A DNA stretch of 64,000 nucleotides, taken from the NCBI GenBank assembly GCA_013265495.1, contig MU058456.1:124001-188000 (forward strand), read 5' to 3'. The stretch comes from Vicugna vicugna (taxonomy: Eukaryota). The notes under the pieces are model-generated. The model was not told the origin of the DNA. It did no database searches and saw only the letters and a program-made list of their open reading frames with translations. Below, piece by piece: positions 36,501 through 46,839 of this stretch; position 1 is the stretch's first letter; every line of letters begins with the position of its first letter. Both the position numbers and the translations under genes were made by a program.

Positions 36501-39500
36501 TTAATGACTATACCCAGTCTTGCTTCCATCCTGAGTTATTTTTTAAACTGAGATGTAATTCATGTAACATAAAATTCACTCTTTTAAATGTGCAGTTCAG
36601 TGGCTTTTTAGTATGTTCACAATTTTGTGCAACCATCACTGCTGCTTAACTCCAGAACATTTTTTTGTTAGTTCAAAGAAGGCCTGTACCTATTAGCAGT
36701 TACTCCCCATGGTTCCTGAGAGCTACTAATCTACTGTCTCTGTGGATTTGCCTGTTACAGACATTTCATATAGACTTACATAGTACATGTGGTCTTTTGT
36801 ATCTGGCTTCTTTGACTAAATGTAATATTTTCAAGATTTATGCATGTTAAGGCACGAATCAGTACTTTATTCCTTTTTATGAGTGAATAATATTCCATTA
36901 CATGGATAAAACCACGCTTTAGTTCATCACTCATTGATGGACTTTTAGTATTGTTTCCATTTTTTTGCTATTAAGAATAATGCTGTGAATGTTTATGTAC
37001 AAGTTCTGGTGTCGTCTCATGTTTTCATTTTTCTTGGGTATATACCTAGGAGTGGTGATTGCTAAGTCATATAGGAACACTCTCGTTATCTTTTTGAGAA
37101 ACTGCCAAACTGTTTTCCAAAGTGGTTGTGCCATTTTACATTCCCGTCAGCAATGTGTGAGTGTTTGAATTTCTCTGTGTGCTCACTGACATTTGTTACT
37201 GTCTTTCTCTGATTATAGCCATTCTAGTGAGTATATAATGGTATCTTACTATGGTTTTGATTTGTATTTCTGTAATGAATAGTAATGTTGGGCATCTTTT
37301 CATGTGCTTATTCACCATTTGTATATTTTCTTTGGAGAAATGTCTACTCTAGTCTTTTGCCCATTTTGAATTAGAGTATTTGGCTCTTTGTTAAGTTGTA
37401 GTTTTTATGTTGTGAATGTTAATCCCTTACCAGATACCTGATTTGCATGTATTTTCTCCCATACTGTGGGTTGTCTTTTCACTGTTCTAAGTATCTTTTG
37501 ATGCACAAGTTTTTAATTTTGATGAAATAAGATTTATCTTTTTTTTTCCTTTTGTTGTCTTTTGTTATATCCAGAAAATCATTGCCAAAACCAATGTCAA
37601 GAAGATTTTCCCGTGTTTTCTTCTAAGAGTTTAATAGTTTTAGCTTATATATTTAGGTCTTTGATCCATTGTGAGTTAACTTTTACATGTGGTGTAAGGT
37701 AAGGGTCCAGCTTCATTGTTTCGCATGTGGATATTCAGTTTTCCCAGCACCATTTGTTGAAAAGGTTGTCCTTTCTCTGTTGAATAGATCTTGACACCTA
37801 TGTCAAAAATCATTTGACCATATATGTGACCATGTATTTCTGTCTTTTCTACTGGTCTGTGTGTCTGTCCTTATGCCAGTACTGCACTGTTTGATTACTA
37901 CAGATTTGTAATAAGTTTTGACATCAGGAATTGTGTGTCTTCCAATTTGTTGTTCTTTTACAGATTGTTTCGGCTATTAAATGTCGCTGGAGATTCCATA
38001 TGAATTTTTGGCTGGGTTTTTCTATTTCTATCAATGCCTATGAGATTTAGGGATTGCATTGAATTTGTATATTGCTTTGGATACTATTGTTATCTTAACT
38101 CTGTGTAAGTCTTCTGATCCAGGAACATGGGATGTCTTTCCATTTATTTATGTCTGTATTTCTTTCAGCAAAATTTTTGCCTTTCTGATAAAATTTATTT
38201 GTAAGAATATTATTCTCTTTGATGCAGTTGTGTCCTGACTTCTAAGAGTTATATATAAACATACATACCCAAATGTGTTGCAAATATATTTTTCTTGGTT
38301 TGTTATTTTTCTTCTGAATATGCTAGTAGTGGGTTTTTAGCTTTGCATAAGTTTATTCAGGCTTACTTATGAATCTTTTATCATACATGGAATTTTAGTT
38401 ATGGTTAAAAAATCTTTTCACTCAAGTTAGAAATGCATTCATGTTTTCTTCTAGTGGTTTTATTGTTTCCTTTTAAAAATTTTAGATCTCTAATCCATTT
38501 GAATTTATTTATTTATGTGAATGAGATATGGACCCATCCCTGTCACTTTCCAAATAATAATCCAATTGTCCCCAAGTCTTTTATTTATAAAAGAACCATC
38601 TTTTCCCCAGTGATTTAAGATGCCATCCCTTTGTTCCCCTGAATTTTCATAGGTACTTGGGTCTGTTTCCTGAGTTTTTGTTTGTTCCCCCTGGACTTTG
38701 TGTTTATTTTTGAACTATTCATAATTAGGAAAAAAGTTCAGAATTTCATGTTAGGGCTAATTATTTTAAGTAGAAGGTGTCTGTTAAACATGCTTCTGAT
38801 ATGAAATGCATCATTTTTTTCCTTGTAATTTTAAGGATATGTTATTTTTACAAATGGAACTTGTTCATTGCATCTTCGGCTTAACTTTTGCTCTTGAATT
38901 GGTGCTGGGACTTCTTCGTAATTGTGAATGAGAGGAGGGCACCATTGGTTATTTGAAGTTTTTTCACTTCAAATTCAGGTTTTTCTAGAAGTCATTCAGC
39001 CTTGCCTGAGAACTGTATCTGTTTCTTTATCCTTTTTATCCTTTTTAAAAATTAATTTTTTAATAGAGGTATTGGAAATTGAACTGAGGACCTCATGCAT
39101 GCCGAGCATGAGCTCTACCACTGAGCTATACCCACTTCTCCCATATCCTTTTTATTCTTTTCTACTTAGTCAGTTTTTTGTATTTGATTTTGTTTTTTCC
39201 TAATTACAGTTGATTGGTAAATCTTGAATATTTCAAAACTGAAATTGATATTACAAAGTTGTGTTTTATGTGAACACGTGGTGGCCTCTGCAGAATGACT
39301 TGTGTCTTTAAAAACTGGGGTATGGAGTGGAGTTAGATAGGTTGCAGGACTCATATATGGTACTTGGTCACCCAGGTTACTGATATACTTATTTGCGATG
39401 CATTAATGTTAGGTGAGAATATCTTGTCAACAGTATGGTGGGTGTTTAATTTTTTAGCAGTTAACTGACGTACTATTAATATCTTACAGCAGAAATAAGA

Positions 39501-40875
39501 AGGATAAAAAGAGAGAAAAAGAAAGGGACCATATCAGTGAAAGAAGAGAGAGAGAGCGTTCAACCTCTACAAGAAAGAGTTCTAATGACAGAGATGGAAA
39601 GGAAAAGGTGGAGAAGAACAATACTTCACTTAAAGTAAGCAAGTCATTGTTGAGGCTTTGAATAGTTAATAATTGAGATTGTCCTTTATTGCATAGAGGT
39701 GGTTTTAGGTAGAAGCTGCTTGAGAGTAACAGTGTCTTGCACATTTTTGGGATTATTTAATGTTTGTTAAATTTGTAGCTTCTTAATCTAAATTTTTGAA
39801 GATAAGAACTAATTAAAATGTAAACAATGCATCCCTTATTTTAGAGAATCATAGAATGGCACACAATAACCATTTAACTGTCTACAGGAAGATTCCTGCT
39901 TGATGCAGTTTTTCTCACTATATTTGTTTTAGCAGATTTGACGGATGATCTGTTATCATTGGTTTTGTAATATATACTGAAGTTTAGGTTTGTTGAATTA
40001 GAATAATTAATGAGAAGCCAAATTCCACCAAGTAAGGGTTTTTTTAAATTTTGATAAATATTTTGAGTACTTGTGAATTATGTTAATTTCCTTTTATAGT
40101 GGTATACTGGTAAGTATATTTGTGTTTGGAAATCAGTTATGAGTTCTGGAGCATTCATCTTACAGTTTTATTTATTCTCACACTGATAGAGATTTATCAT
40201 CATTGTCAGTAACATTGATAATATCTCTTGAGCATTTACTGTATTCGAAGCACTGTCCCAAGTGTTCTCATTTAATTCTCCCTCAAGTTGAGGGCTGAAT
40301 TTGGACTGTCTTGAGCAGTCTTTGGTAGGATGAATAGTGACTTCCTTTTTTACAGTCCCTTGTTTTTGTTTCTTTGGTACGCAGATTATAAACCTATCCT
40401 AGCATCTGTGGGAACTATTTTACTTTCAGCAGATATGTTCCACTTTCTCAAGTCAATCAGCAACATTTATTGAGTTCTTCTCTAAAGTTTCTGTTTACCT
40501 ATTTTATTCTAACTTAATCTTCATGGATTGTCCATCTTTTATGAGATGTACAAAGGACATATTGATACGTGTTTGCACGTCCTGTTTATGTGAAAGATAA
40601 TGAGAGAGAATATCCACTTTGACTAGTTCCCAGAAGATAAAATTAGATGTTTTAGCCATAACTAGATGCAATAGCAGGCCACTCTTGGGAACAATGTTGA
40701 ATGTGTACCTTAACATTCATTGTAGGAGAAGGAGCACAATAAAGAACCAGATTCAGGCATGGGCAAAGAGGTAGAAGACAAAGACGCACCAAGGACTGAG
40801 GAAAACAAAGTACAGCAGAACGGAAATTGTCAGCCCAACGATGAAAACCTCTCCACCAAAACAGAAGCAGTATAG
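2858..40875 (+). CDS. SREK1: SREK1 full spliced CDS (12 coding exons, 1893 nt, 630 aa): two RRMs, RS region, EK-rich domain, RS/acidic C-terminus
   Basis: Manual splicing gives an uninterrupted [21 protein letters not shown]...[10 protein letters not shown]. All introns are GT-AG and exon lengths 161+134+116+165+179+131+115+120+381+96+145+150 = 1893. The protein matches my recall of the mammalian SREK1 long isoform. Confidence 0.97.
4110..4700 (-). mobile_element. Old L1 (L1MC/ME-like) 3' fragment
   Basis: ttttgaaatatttcatgcataccgaaaagttgaaagaataacacccatgttcccttcacc is an antisense L1M 3' end signature. Confidence 0.55.
6340..6454. mobile_element. MER20-like hAT fragment
   Basis: gctggcatttagtaggtgtcagggat...gaattatgcc...ctgagaaactctg. 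Confidence 0.55.
8140..9200 (-). mobile_element. L2 fragments with a nested MLT1-like LTR piece (~8660-8950)
   Basis: aaaagattactctggc...gtagtaatccaagcgagaaatg (antisense L2); ctgctcatgtttaattggctaaagc...ggccacacctaact (MLT1). Confidence 0.55.
10613..10746 (+). CDS. SREK1: SREK1 coding exon 2 (rest of RRM1)
   Basis: Polypyrimidine tract + ttgcag| acceptor; [44 protein letters not shown]; donor AAG|gttggt. Confidence 0.96.
16376..16491 (+). CDS. SREK1: SREK1 coding exon 3 (contains internal ATG 16429, MTSLMPGAG..., start of the short isoform)
   Basis: ctgcag| acceptor; [39 protein letters not shown]; donor ACG|gtaagt. Confidence 0.96.
17958..18142. mobile_element. MER3-like hAT MITE
   Basis: tccagtagaact...atgatggaaatat...tagccactagcaacatgtgactgttgaacacttggaatgtggctagtgtgactgagg with internal palindromy. 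Confidence 0.75.
18500..18930 (-). mobile_element. L2 fragment
   Basis: ggggaaagcctcttggagg...ggccacggaaagaagtttggattttattct...aaagatcacacactggctgct. Confidence 0.65.
19553..20166. mobile_element. TcMar-Tigger MITE (MER82-like), near full length
   Basis: Terminal inverted repeats cagttgattctcattatttg (19553) and caaataatcagagttgactg (ends 20166); TA immediately left of the element. Confidence 0.8.
20410..20574 (+). CDS. SREK1: SREK1 coding exon 4
   Basis: poly-T + aatag| acceptor; [55 protein letters not shown] (VYVGNL = RNP2); donor CAG|gtaact. Confidence 0.96.
20710..20888 (+). CDS. SREK1: SREK1 coding exon 5 (RRM2 core)
   Basis: tttcag| acceptor; [59 protein letters not shown](K), with RNP1-like RFAFVEF; donor AA|gtaaga. 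Confidence 0.97.
21990..22055 (-). mobile_element. Truncated tRNA-Ala-derived (Vic-1-like) SINE
   Basis: gggggaggtaactataggtttatttatttactggaggtactggggattgaa is the same tail/B-box seen in the other copies. Confidence 0.7.
22163..22293 (+). CDS. SREK1: SREK1 coding exon 6
   Basis: atttag| acceptor; [43 protein letters not shown]; donor CAG|gtaaga. Confidence 0.96.
22333..22470. mobile_element. MIR SINE fragment
   Basis: cccttcattttacaaacaagacgactgaaactcaagaaagagtaagtgactt is a MIR core. Confidence 0.65.
23173..23287 (+). CDS. SREK1: SREK1 coding exon 7 (RS region begins)
   Basis: ttttcctcccag| acceptor; [38 protein letters not shown](R); donor CAG|gtgaga. Confidence 0.95.
25019..25317. mobile_element. 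Tigger1-derived MITE
   Basis: Ends aggcatacgttg... and ...ctgatgtatgccta (inverted); internal caaattgaagttttgtggcaactctgc and tatgcactgggaaaccaaaaaattc. Confidence 0.8.
26895..27125. mobile_element. MIR SINE
   Basis: tttaatcctcatgacagc...ccagtttatagatgaaacaactcaggcttagagaagttgagtgact...tctgactccaaagcc. Confidence 0.8.
27907..28026 (+). CDS. SREK1: SREK1 coding exon 8 (RS region)
   Basis: ttttctttag| acceptor; [39 protein letters not shown](R); donor CG|gtgagt. Confidence 0.95.
28392..28772 (+). CDS. SREK1: SREK1 coding exon 9 (EK-rich domain, 381 nt, frame-symmetric)
   Basis: tttttaaag| acceptor; [26 protein letters not shown]...[18 protein letters not shown](R); weak donor CAG|gtttga. Confidence 0.94.
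29590..30920 (-). mobile_element. L1 3' portion (ORF2 C-terminus + 3' UTR), antisense, interrupted by a SINE
   Basis: ORF-track 30532..30795(-) [28 protein letters not shown] is an L1 ORF2 remnant; typical antisense L1 3' UTR with T-rich tail. Confidence 0.9.
30330..30502 (-). mobile_element. tRNA-Ala-derived SINE (Vic-1-like) nested in L1
   Basis: Reverse complement reads ggggagggtatagctcagtggtaagagtgcatgcctagaatgcacaacgtcctgagttcagtccccagcacctcca; atgatggc is duplicated on both sides (30319, 30503). Confidence 0.88.
31165..31663 (+). mobile_element. Young 5'-truncated L1, sense strand, with polyA tail and 17-bp TSD
   Basis: Open ORF2 C-terminus [35 protein letters not shown]...RSLICGI*; AATAAA at 31641; A tail; agaagtatagtagtata at 31148-31164 and 31664-31680. 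Confidence 0.95.
32450..32660. mobile_element. MIR SINE
   Basis: ttactgagcacctgctatgcaccaggcact...ctccattttccagttggaaaaactaagactcaga. Confidence 0.75.
34124..34219 (+). CDS. SREK1: SREK1 coding exon 10
   Basis: ctttcag| acceptor; [31 protein letters not shown](S); donor GAG|gtaggt. Confidence 0.95.
34285..38720 (-). mobile_element. Nested antisense L1 block: old L1ME-like pieces with a younger L1MB-like copy (~36535-38230) inside
   Basis: ORF2 remnant [15 protein letters not shown] (36931..37134 -); tttaggtctttgatccatt...ttttcccagcaccatttgttgaaaag; L1MB-type 3' end gagatgtaattcatgtaacataaaattcac. Confidence 0.8.
39050..39142 (-). mobile_element. tRNA-Ala-derived SINE (Vic-1-like)
   Basis: gaggtattggaaattgaactgaggacctcatgcatgccgagcatgagctctaccactgagctatac. 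Confidence 0.85.
39490..39634 (+). CDS. SREK1: SREK1 coding exon 11
   Basis: cttacag|cag acceptor; [48 protein letters not shown]; donor AAA|gtaagc. Confidence 0.94.
40726..40875 (+). CDS. SREK1: SREK1 last coding exon, TAG stop at 40873-40875
   Basis: ttgtag| acceptor; [49 protein letters not shown]. Confidence 0.95.
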   Translation, partial: EKEHNKEPDSGMGKEVEDKDAPRTEENKVQQNGNCQPNDENLSTKTEAV

Positions 40876-42875
40876 GACCGACAGATGCACCTCGAAGCAC
40901 ACGCTGGAATAAAATCCAAAGCTTTTAATTCTCTCAGCAAGATGTTAGACAGTGAAGAAGTCCAGTAGAGCATAAAGATACGAGCTAACAGCTTTTCTAG
41001 TTGTTAGATGACTTGGTGGCCATCTTGTTACTGAGTAAGAAAATAAAGCATGGACACCGTGAAAATAACAGGTGTTACCCAAACTCCTCATCTTCTAAAA
41101 TCTGTGCATTTCCATGGTGGCTGACACACTTGTCATGTGGTTTGTTAGTGTTTGCCAAGAACCATTACAAAGAAAATGGGACGTCAAAGATCCAAATTTG
41201 TACTGTCCATAAAGACTGGAGATAAGTGTTGGAGGCTCTTTTAAAAAATGGTAGTAACTGAATTTTGTATTGTTTTACTTTTTTTTTTTTAATTTCAGTA
41301 TATACAGATTGATGATGTGCTTGAAATCGGTGCAAATATATACACACCCTTGTAAGTGCAGAGTATAAGAAATTTTAACATTTACTTCACAGGATTTACA
41401 GTGATTGTGTTAAATTCTCACTATTGTGTTTTCTTTTGCTCACTGTTTAGGACAGCAGTTTTTCTTTAAAAATAGTTTTACAGATTAAAATTGCTTAAAT
41501 AAGTGGATTAAAAACCAACTGACAATGCATGCTACTGTTCTTTTTCAAAAGGAAGAGCAACTGTGTTGAATACTAATCATGCATTAGTATTCAGTGTTTA
41601 GAATCTTTGGGTCTCCCCACAAAGTAGGCATTTCTTTTTGAACTTTCTTGACATTTCCAAGCTTATGAACAATATTGCAGTGTGTGTTGGTCAGCTGTAG
41701 GTGGCAAAGGTGCCATTTATAAAAAGAAGACTGGGTTTTCAAAATGGGCTATGGGAGCACAAGCTGAAGCTTTAGTGCCTTCTACAATGTGGTATATACT
41801 GTTTTCTAGAATTTTATATGTGCTAGTCATTCTCAACTCATATGGAATTTAGATGGATATTCCATTCACTCCCATAGAGAAGTGTGCAAGTGGTATGTCA
41901 GAAGAGCTTCTTTTAGTTCACATAATATGAGAGAGAAGTCCTGTTTTCAGGAATGACATTAGAGCTTAAAACAACAAAGCCGTTTTGGGACCATCAGTTT
42001 TATACTGTGATAATTAAAAATGAAGCAGCATGTTCTTATTTTACTTAAAGCAAACCGTTTGGTTGTCTACATTGGATGGCCTTAATTATTACCTCTCAAT
42101 CATCTTCTCATAAATGATGTGCAGAAATTGTACTTAAAGGTGAATATATAAGATGATTTGTTTTATGTGTAAAGATGTGTTTACTTGAGTTTAAAATATA
42201 GGTCATCCGACATTGTTAGGCACACTTTTTGAAGAAAGTATGCAAATAGTAAAATGACAACATTGCTAAAATTTCCCCCAAACCACAGGTTGTAGTTTCT
42301 GAACTCTTCATTGTTACAGTTCCAAAAAAGTTATACCTTTTAATTAGCATGTTATTAAAAAATCAAGTATAATTGTTTTAATGTAATCTAATACAATCAA
42401 ATTACTCAGTTGCCTTACCTCATGGGAAGAGTTACTTATTTAAAAAGCTGGGTAACACATCAGTTACTTGGTTTCAACTTGAGTTTTCTTTTAATGTTAA
42501 TACTATTGAAACAAGGTATTTGGTGGAGAATGGAAAGAATTGTCCTTATTGTAAGTGATAAAGCCTGGTTTGATTATGAAGCTGCTTAATTACTCTTCAT
42601 GTGTTCAGAATTACTGTTTTTTTTCTCTTTTTGTCACTGTGTACATTAAAATTTTTGAAAATGCTTTACTATGTAAAGTATAGGTGGTCATTTTAGTCAT
42701 TCAACCACATACGGTTGGCTGGTAAACAGCTTATTCTGCTATAAGAATGCTTGGGTGCATATGGAAAGATTGCGAAGGAAGGAATGTGTGTCTTGCATCA
42801 ACAGCTGTCTTATTTATGATATGTAAGTAGAATAGAGCAAATGTTTGAATCTGTTATTTTTAGTACCGTTTCTCT

Positions 42876-42881
42876 AATAAA
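42876..42881 (+). terminator. Candidate polyadenylation signal
   Basis: AATAAA followed by T/GT-rich sequence (tatttgtttat) about 25 nt downstream. Confidence 0.5.
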
Positions 42882-43318
42882 GCTAAGTATTTTAGAGGAA
42901 AGTATTTGTTTATGCATTTTGAAACAGCATCTTAGTTTTATCACGTTCTTGTTTTAGTTGGCTTAGAAACTGTTTTGACATGGAGAGTGCATGTTTGTGT
43001 GGCTTCTATAAAGCAGTCATTTCAAGTTTAAGTATTTTCTTGTACTCTGGACTCCATTAAATGTTTTTTATGTCAGTAATTAATGTATTTAATTTGGTTT
43101 CAGCAGCTGATTGTTTTTCTTGCTGATGCTATTTATTATTTATTCTTGCTGATGATGATTTATTCAGCTTTAAAATAATCATACTAATCTTGAAAGACAC
43201 TGATTTGTAAAAATTCGGCATGAGTAGGAGTACAGGAGATCTGGAGAAAGTGAAATCATCTTCTCAAACAGGCTTAGGGAGAAACAAAGTTTTCTAGGGG
43301 TTAAAACTGTTGCGGTGT

Positions 43319-43320
<2 letters not shown>

Positions 43321-43354
<34 letters not shown>
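43321..43354 (+). repeat. Compound microsatellite (GT)6(GA)11
   Basis: gtgtgtgtgtgt followed by a GA run, read directly. Confidence 0.95.
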
Positions 43355-43355
<1 letters not shown>

Positions 43356-44979
43356 AGAGGGAGAGACTGATTTTCTTTTTGTTCATTTATAAGCTGATAG
43401 TTTTCATTTGTTCATTATTTTCTTTTAAGATTTTTTTTTATTTTCTGTGTAACTATCTTTTTCATCCCAGGTAGATATGAGGAAAACTTGAGGTAAGGCC
43501 AAGAAGACAGCCATTTTACGCTTGATACCTTCTGTAAATTCTCTTTGTTAGCTTTACATGATTATATAGCAAGTACATTCTGATCCTTAAATTGTCATTG
43601 CTCTTCACCATTCTAACCAAATTCTGTTGCTCCTGTTGTTCTTGCTTTTCACATGTAACTAGTAATAAAAGATGGTCCTTCATAAGTTAGCCAGTTTCAT
43701 TTGAGGAAACAGGTAGAAATCCTTAACTTCTGCAACTATGTCCTTGGTTATTATTTTTTATCAAATCTAACATAGTTAGAAACACTAGTCAGCTTGTGAT
43801 TTTCTGTTTAGAATCTTATTTTCTAAGAGGTTCAGTAAATGCTATGTTGATCTTCAGAAGTATTGAAGGCTTAAATTTTTGACATGCTCAATTAAAAGTA
43901 AAAACTGGCACTTAGAATCAATTTTTTTGTCAAGAAAATAATTTCTTTCGTGATATTAGTCATTTTCTGGACCCTCATTCATTCTTACATACATGTTGCT
44001 ATTTTTATTTTAAAACTTCAAAACAAAACAAAACAAAACAGAACCTTGAGCCAAATCTGCTCTTATCTAAAGATACTCAGATTTAAGGATTATAATATAT
44101 AGTAATAGACTTTTAAAAGTTTTTTAAAAAATCTATTAGAAATAATATGATTTGATTTAAATCTTTCTTAAGTAGTTGAATTAGCAGTTAAAATGAATCC
44201 TTTTGGAGGAATGCATTGAGTAACAATTTCAATGAGACATTTCTTATATTTTCAGTGAAAGATAGTATCTGGTTTTAACTGGGTGAGTTGTGAAGTAGAG
44301 CCATTTCCACAAAGTTACTATGTTCCTTATGTGTTTAAATATATATTTTAAAAAATTTCACTACCCATATACTTAGTATTGTCTCATGTTCATTTACTAA
44401 TGTAGTCATTTAAAATTAAATTGTTTATCTTTAAATTGCAAAAGTTAGTGCTCTTAAAAGGGCTAGGTTATATTTCTGGAAGCAGGGGTCGAGTATAAAT
44501 GTAATAAAATAATCTTTTAAAATAAAATTGACTTCCCTACTTAATCTGGGGTTTGTGGGTGAATTTGTTTTTCTTAAATACACTTTTATTGATGATTCTG
44601 CCAAAGATTGGTACATTATTTTAAAAGTAAAAGTTAAAGCTCTTAATGATTTTTGGTCCATATTCAGTTAGGTTGGCTTTAGTAAAATAACTAGGTTTCT
44701 TTCTATTACATTTTAAGGTGCTTTGAGTTTATAGCAATTAATTTGTTACAATTGTTTATATAAAATACCACATTTCTTAGTATATTGTTCTTAAAAGCAG
44801 ATTTTTTTTGTCTGTTGCCTGATTTTTAAATTTACTTTGTACTTAGCTACATTTTAATTTTGAAAATTGCCAGCTTTTCTGACACTTCACAGATTTTACC
44901 AGTAAGATTTATTTTTCCAGGATTGGAATGGAGTAATAGTTCCCTCCATTCTTAACTTAAAATGTTTTGTTTTAGAACA

Positions 44980-45125
44980 TTTATTTTTGTACAATTTAAT
45001 TTATTTATTTTGGGGGGATATGGTTAGGTTGATTTATTTATTTTTAGGTGGAGGTACTGGGGCTTGAACCCAGGACTTCATGCATGCTAGGTATGCACTC
45101 TTAGCACTGAGCTATACCCTCCCCC
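44980..45125 (-). mobile_element. tRNA-Ala-derived SINE (Vic-1-like)
   Basis: ggaggtactggggcttgaacccaggacttcatgcatgctaggtatgcactcttagcactgagctataccctccccc. Confidence 0.9.
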
Positions 45126-45546
45126 ATTGATTAACTTTTATTTGCTAGATAGCTAATTTCTTAACTATATAGGTAAGTTCAAATTCATGAAAATTGTGCT
45201 GAAAGAATTCGAGTTGAGTTCTACCAGCTCCAGGGTTACTGGTGGGCAGCACTCTGTTGGGGAACTTTGTGCAGATCTCCCTGACTTCCACAGTAGGTTA
45301 CCTTTGAGTATACTGTGTAGTTGTATAGGTAGTTCCGTTGAATAGGTAATTATTACTCTCTATCTTAATAGGATTAATACGGTAAGGCTCTTCTTTACAT
45401 ATTGCTATGAATTATCAAGGGAAGAGTTATGTAAACATTAAGTGCTGCTTAGGTGGTGTGTATTATTTATATGTGAGTAGGACTACTTCCATATGGTACT
45501 AGTAAAGATTTATCAGATGCTGCTGCTCCTGTGTTGCTATATTTTT

Positions 45547-45552
45547 AATAAA
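45547..45552 (+). terminator. Candidate distal polyadenylation signal
   Basis: AATAAA preceded by T-rich sequence and followed by ctgttgagt and T-rich sequence. Confidence 0.5.
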
Positions 45553-46839
45553 ATGAAAATTTAAAATCTTGCCACTGTTGAGTAATAATTTCACCTATTT
45601 TCTGAGACATTTATTTGCATATTTACAGCTTATTTTTATAACTAAGTAATTGGTAACAGACTCTTCCAGTGCTCAAAATTACTACCAAAAGAAAGATTTT
45701 TGAACATTGGGCAATCAAGTTGTGTGGCAGTGAACTCTTGCCAAGGCTTTGCACCTTCGATATTTTGTAGTGTTCTTGTAAGTGATAGCATTTTGAATCT
45801 CTCTTGTTTTCAGAGTCATCTCCTTACTATGGTATTTGCACAATGAAAATTGTCACTGCTTGTCTTTTATCATCAAGTGGAATGCCTTCTCCCATTTATT
45901 CAAAGTACAGCTTGTCATTTGGTGAATAAACTGTGTACTGGAGGTAGCCACTTAAATGAGACAGTCTATTAGAAGTGTCTCTTTAAAAAAAGTAATTGGC
46001 TATCAGATATGTAAATTTAGAATCCTGGGACTTGATGGTTTAGCTGGTCCAGAGATGGTGAGGCTATGCATACTGACTTCTCCGGAGACCAGCTGTTTCA
46101 GCTGCCTTCTGTGGTTAAAGGCCTTGAGCCATTTTGGTTTCTAAAGGTGATGAACTGCATGTGTGAGGATGGGTTGGGAGTGAGGGAGGAGAGGCCCTTG
46201 CCAGTGAGTTTGGACTTGTCCGAGTGTGGGCACCACAGGACTTCTTAGAGGAATGCCAGGTTGGAATAGCAGGCACATTTGACGGTAGACTTCCAGACAA
46301 AATGACTCATGTTGCATTATCTTTATTATGAGCGTTTTCTAAAAAATACTTAAGGAGTATATTTACAGTACCTTTAGTTTTTTATAATGATTATTTTCTT
46401 GCCTTGAGAAGAACACCCTAAGATTCACTGAATAGAAGAAAGTCTCTTAAAAAGTATGCTACTCTATTTAATGTAGTAATAGCCACAGTGTGATAATCAG
46501 AGGTGGTAAGCAATCAGTTCTGTATAAACATGACCTCTAGTACTGTATTTCCTTTTACTGAGCTGCAGCCTCCAATTTCCAACCACCTGGTTAGTGTAGC
46601 ACTTAACACAAAGAACTCTTGATTATTAGCTATTAAATACTGGGTATCTTACAAGCATTGTAAATTTGTCCTGTTTCAAACAAAATATTCAGTCAATTTC
46701 CAACACCAAATCTGTGCCTCTGCTGTTTACTATTTTTCACCAAAACTGACATCTTCCCAGTTTTGCATTGCCACTGTTAATTTCTGTCTTGACCCTACCC
46801 TCAATCCTATCTGCTGAGTCCTCCCAATCCTGCATTTAC

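Larger units (their letters stand above)
40876..45575 (+). other. SREK1: SREK1 3' UTR (extent inferred; several candidate ends)
   Basis: AT-rich, largely repeat-free sequence after the stop; AATAAA at 40908, 41042, 42876, 43664, 45547 and 45925. The true 3' end cannot be fixed from sequence alone. Confidence 0.6.

Noticed and set aside
45050..45125. tRNA-Ala-like sequence as a real tRNA gene
   Set aside because: Degenerate stems and anticodon, an A-rich tail and multiple dispersed copies show it is a SINE head.
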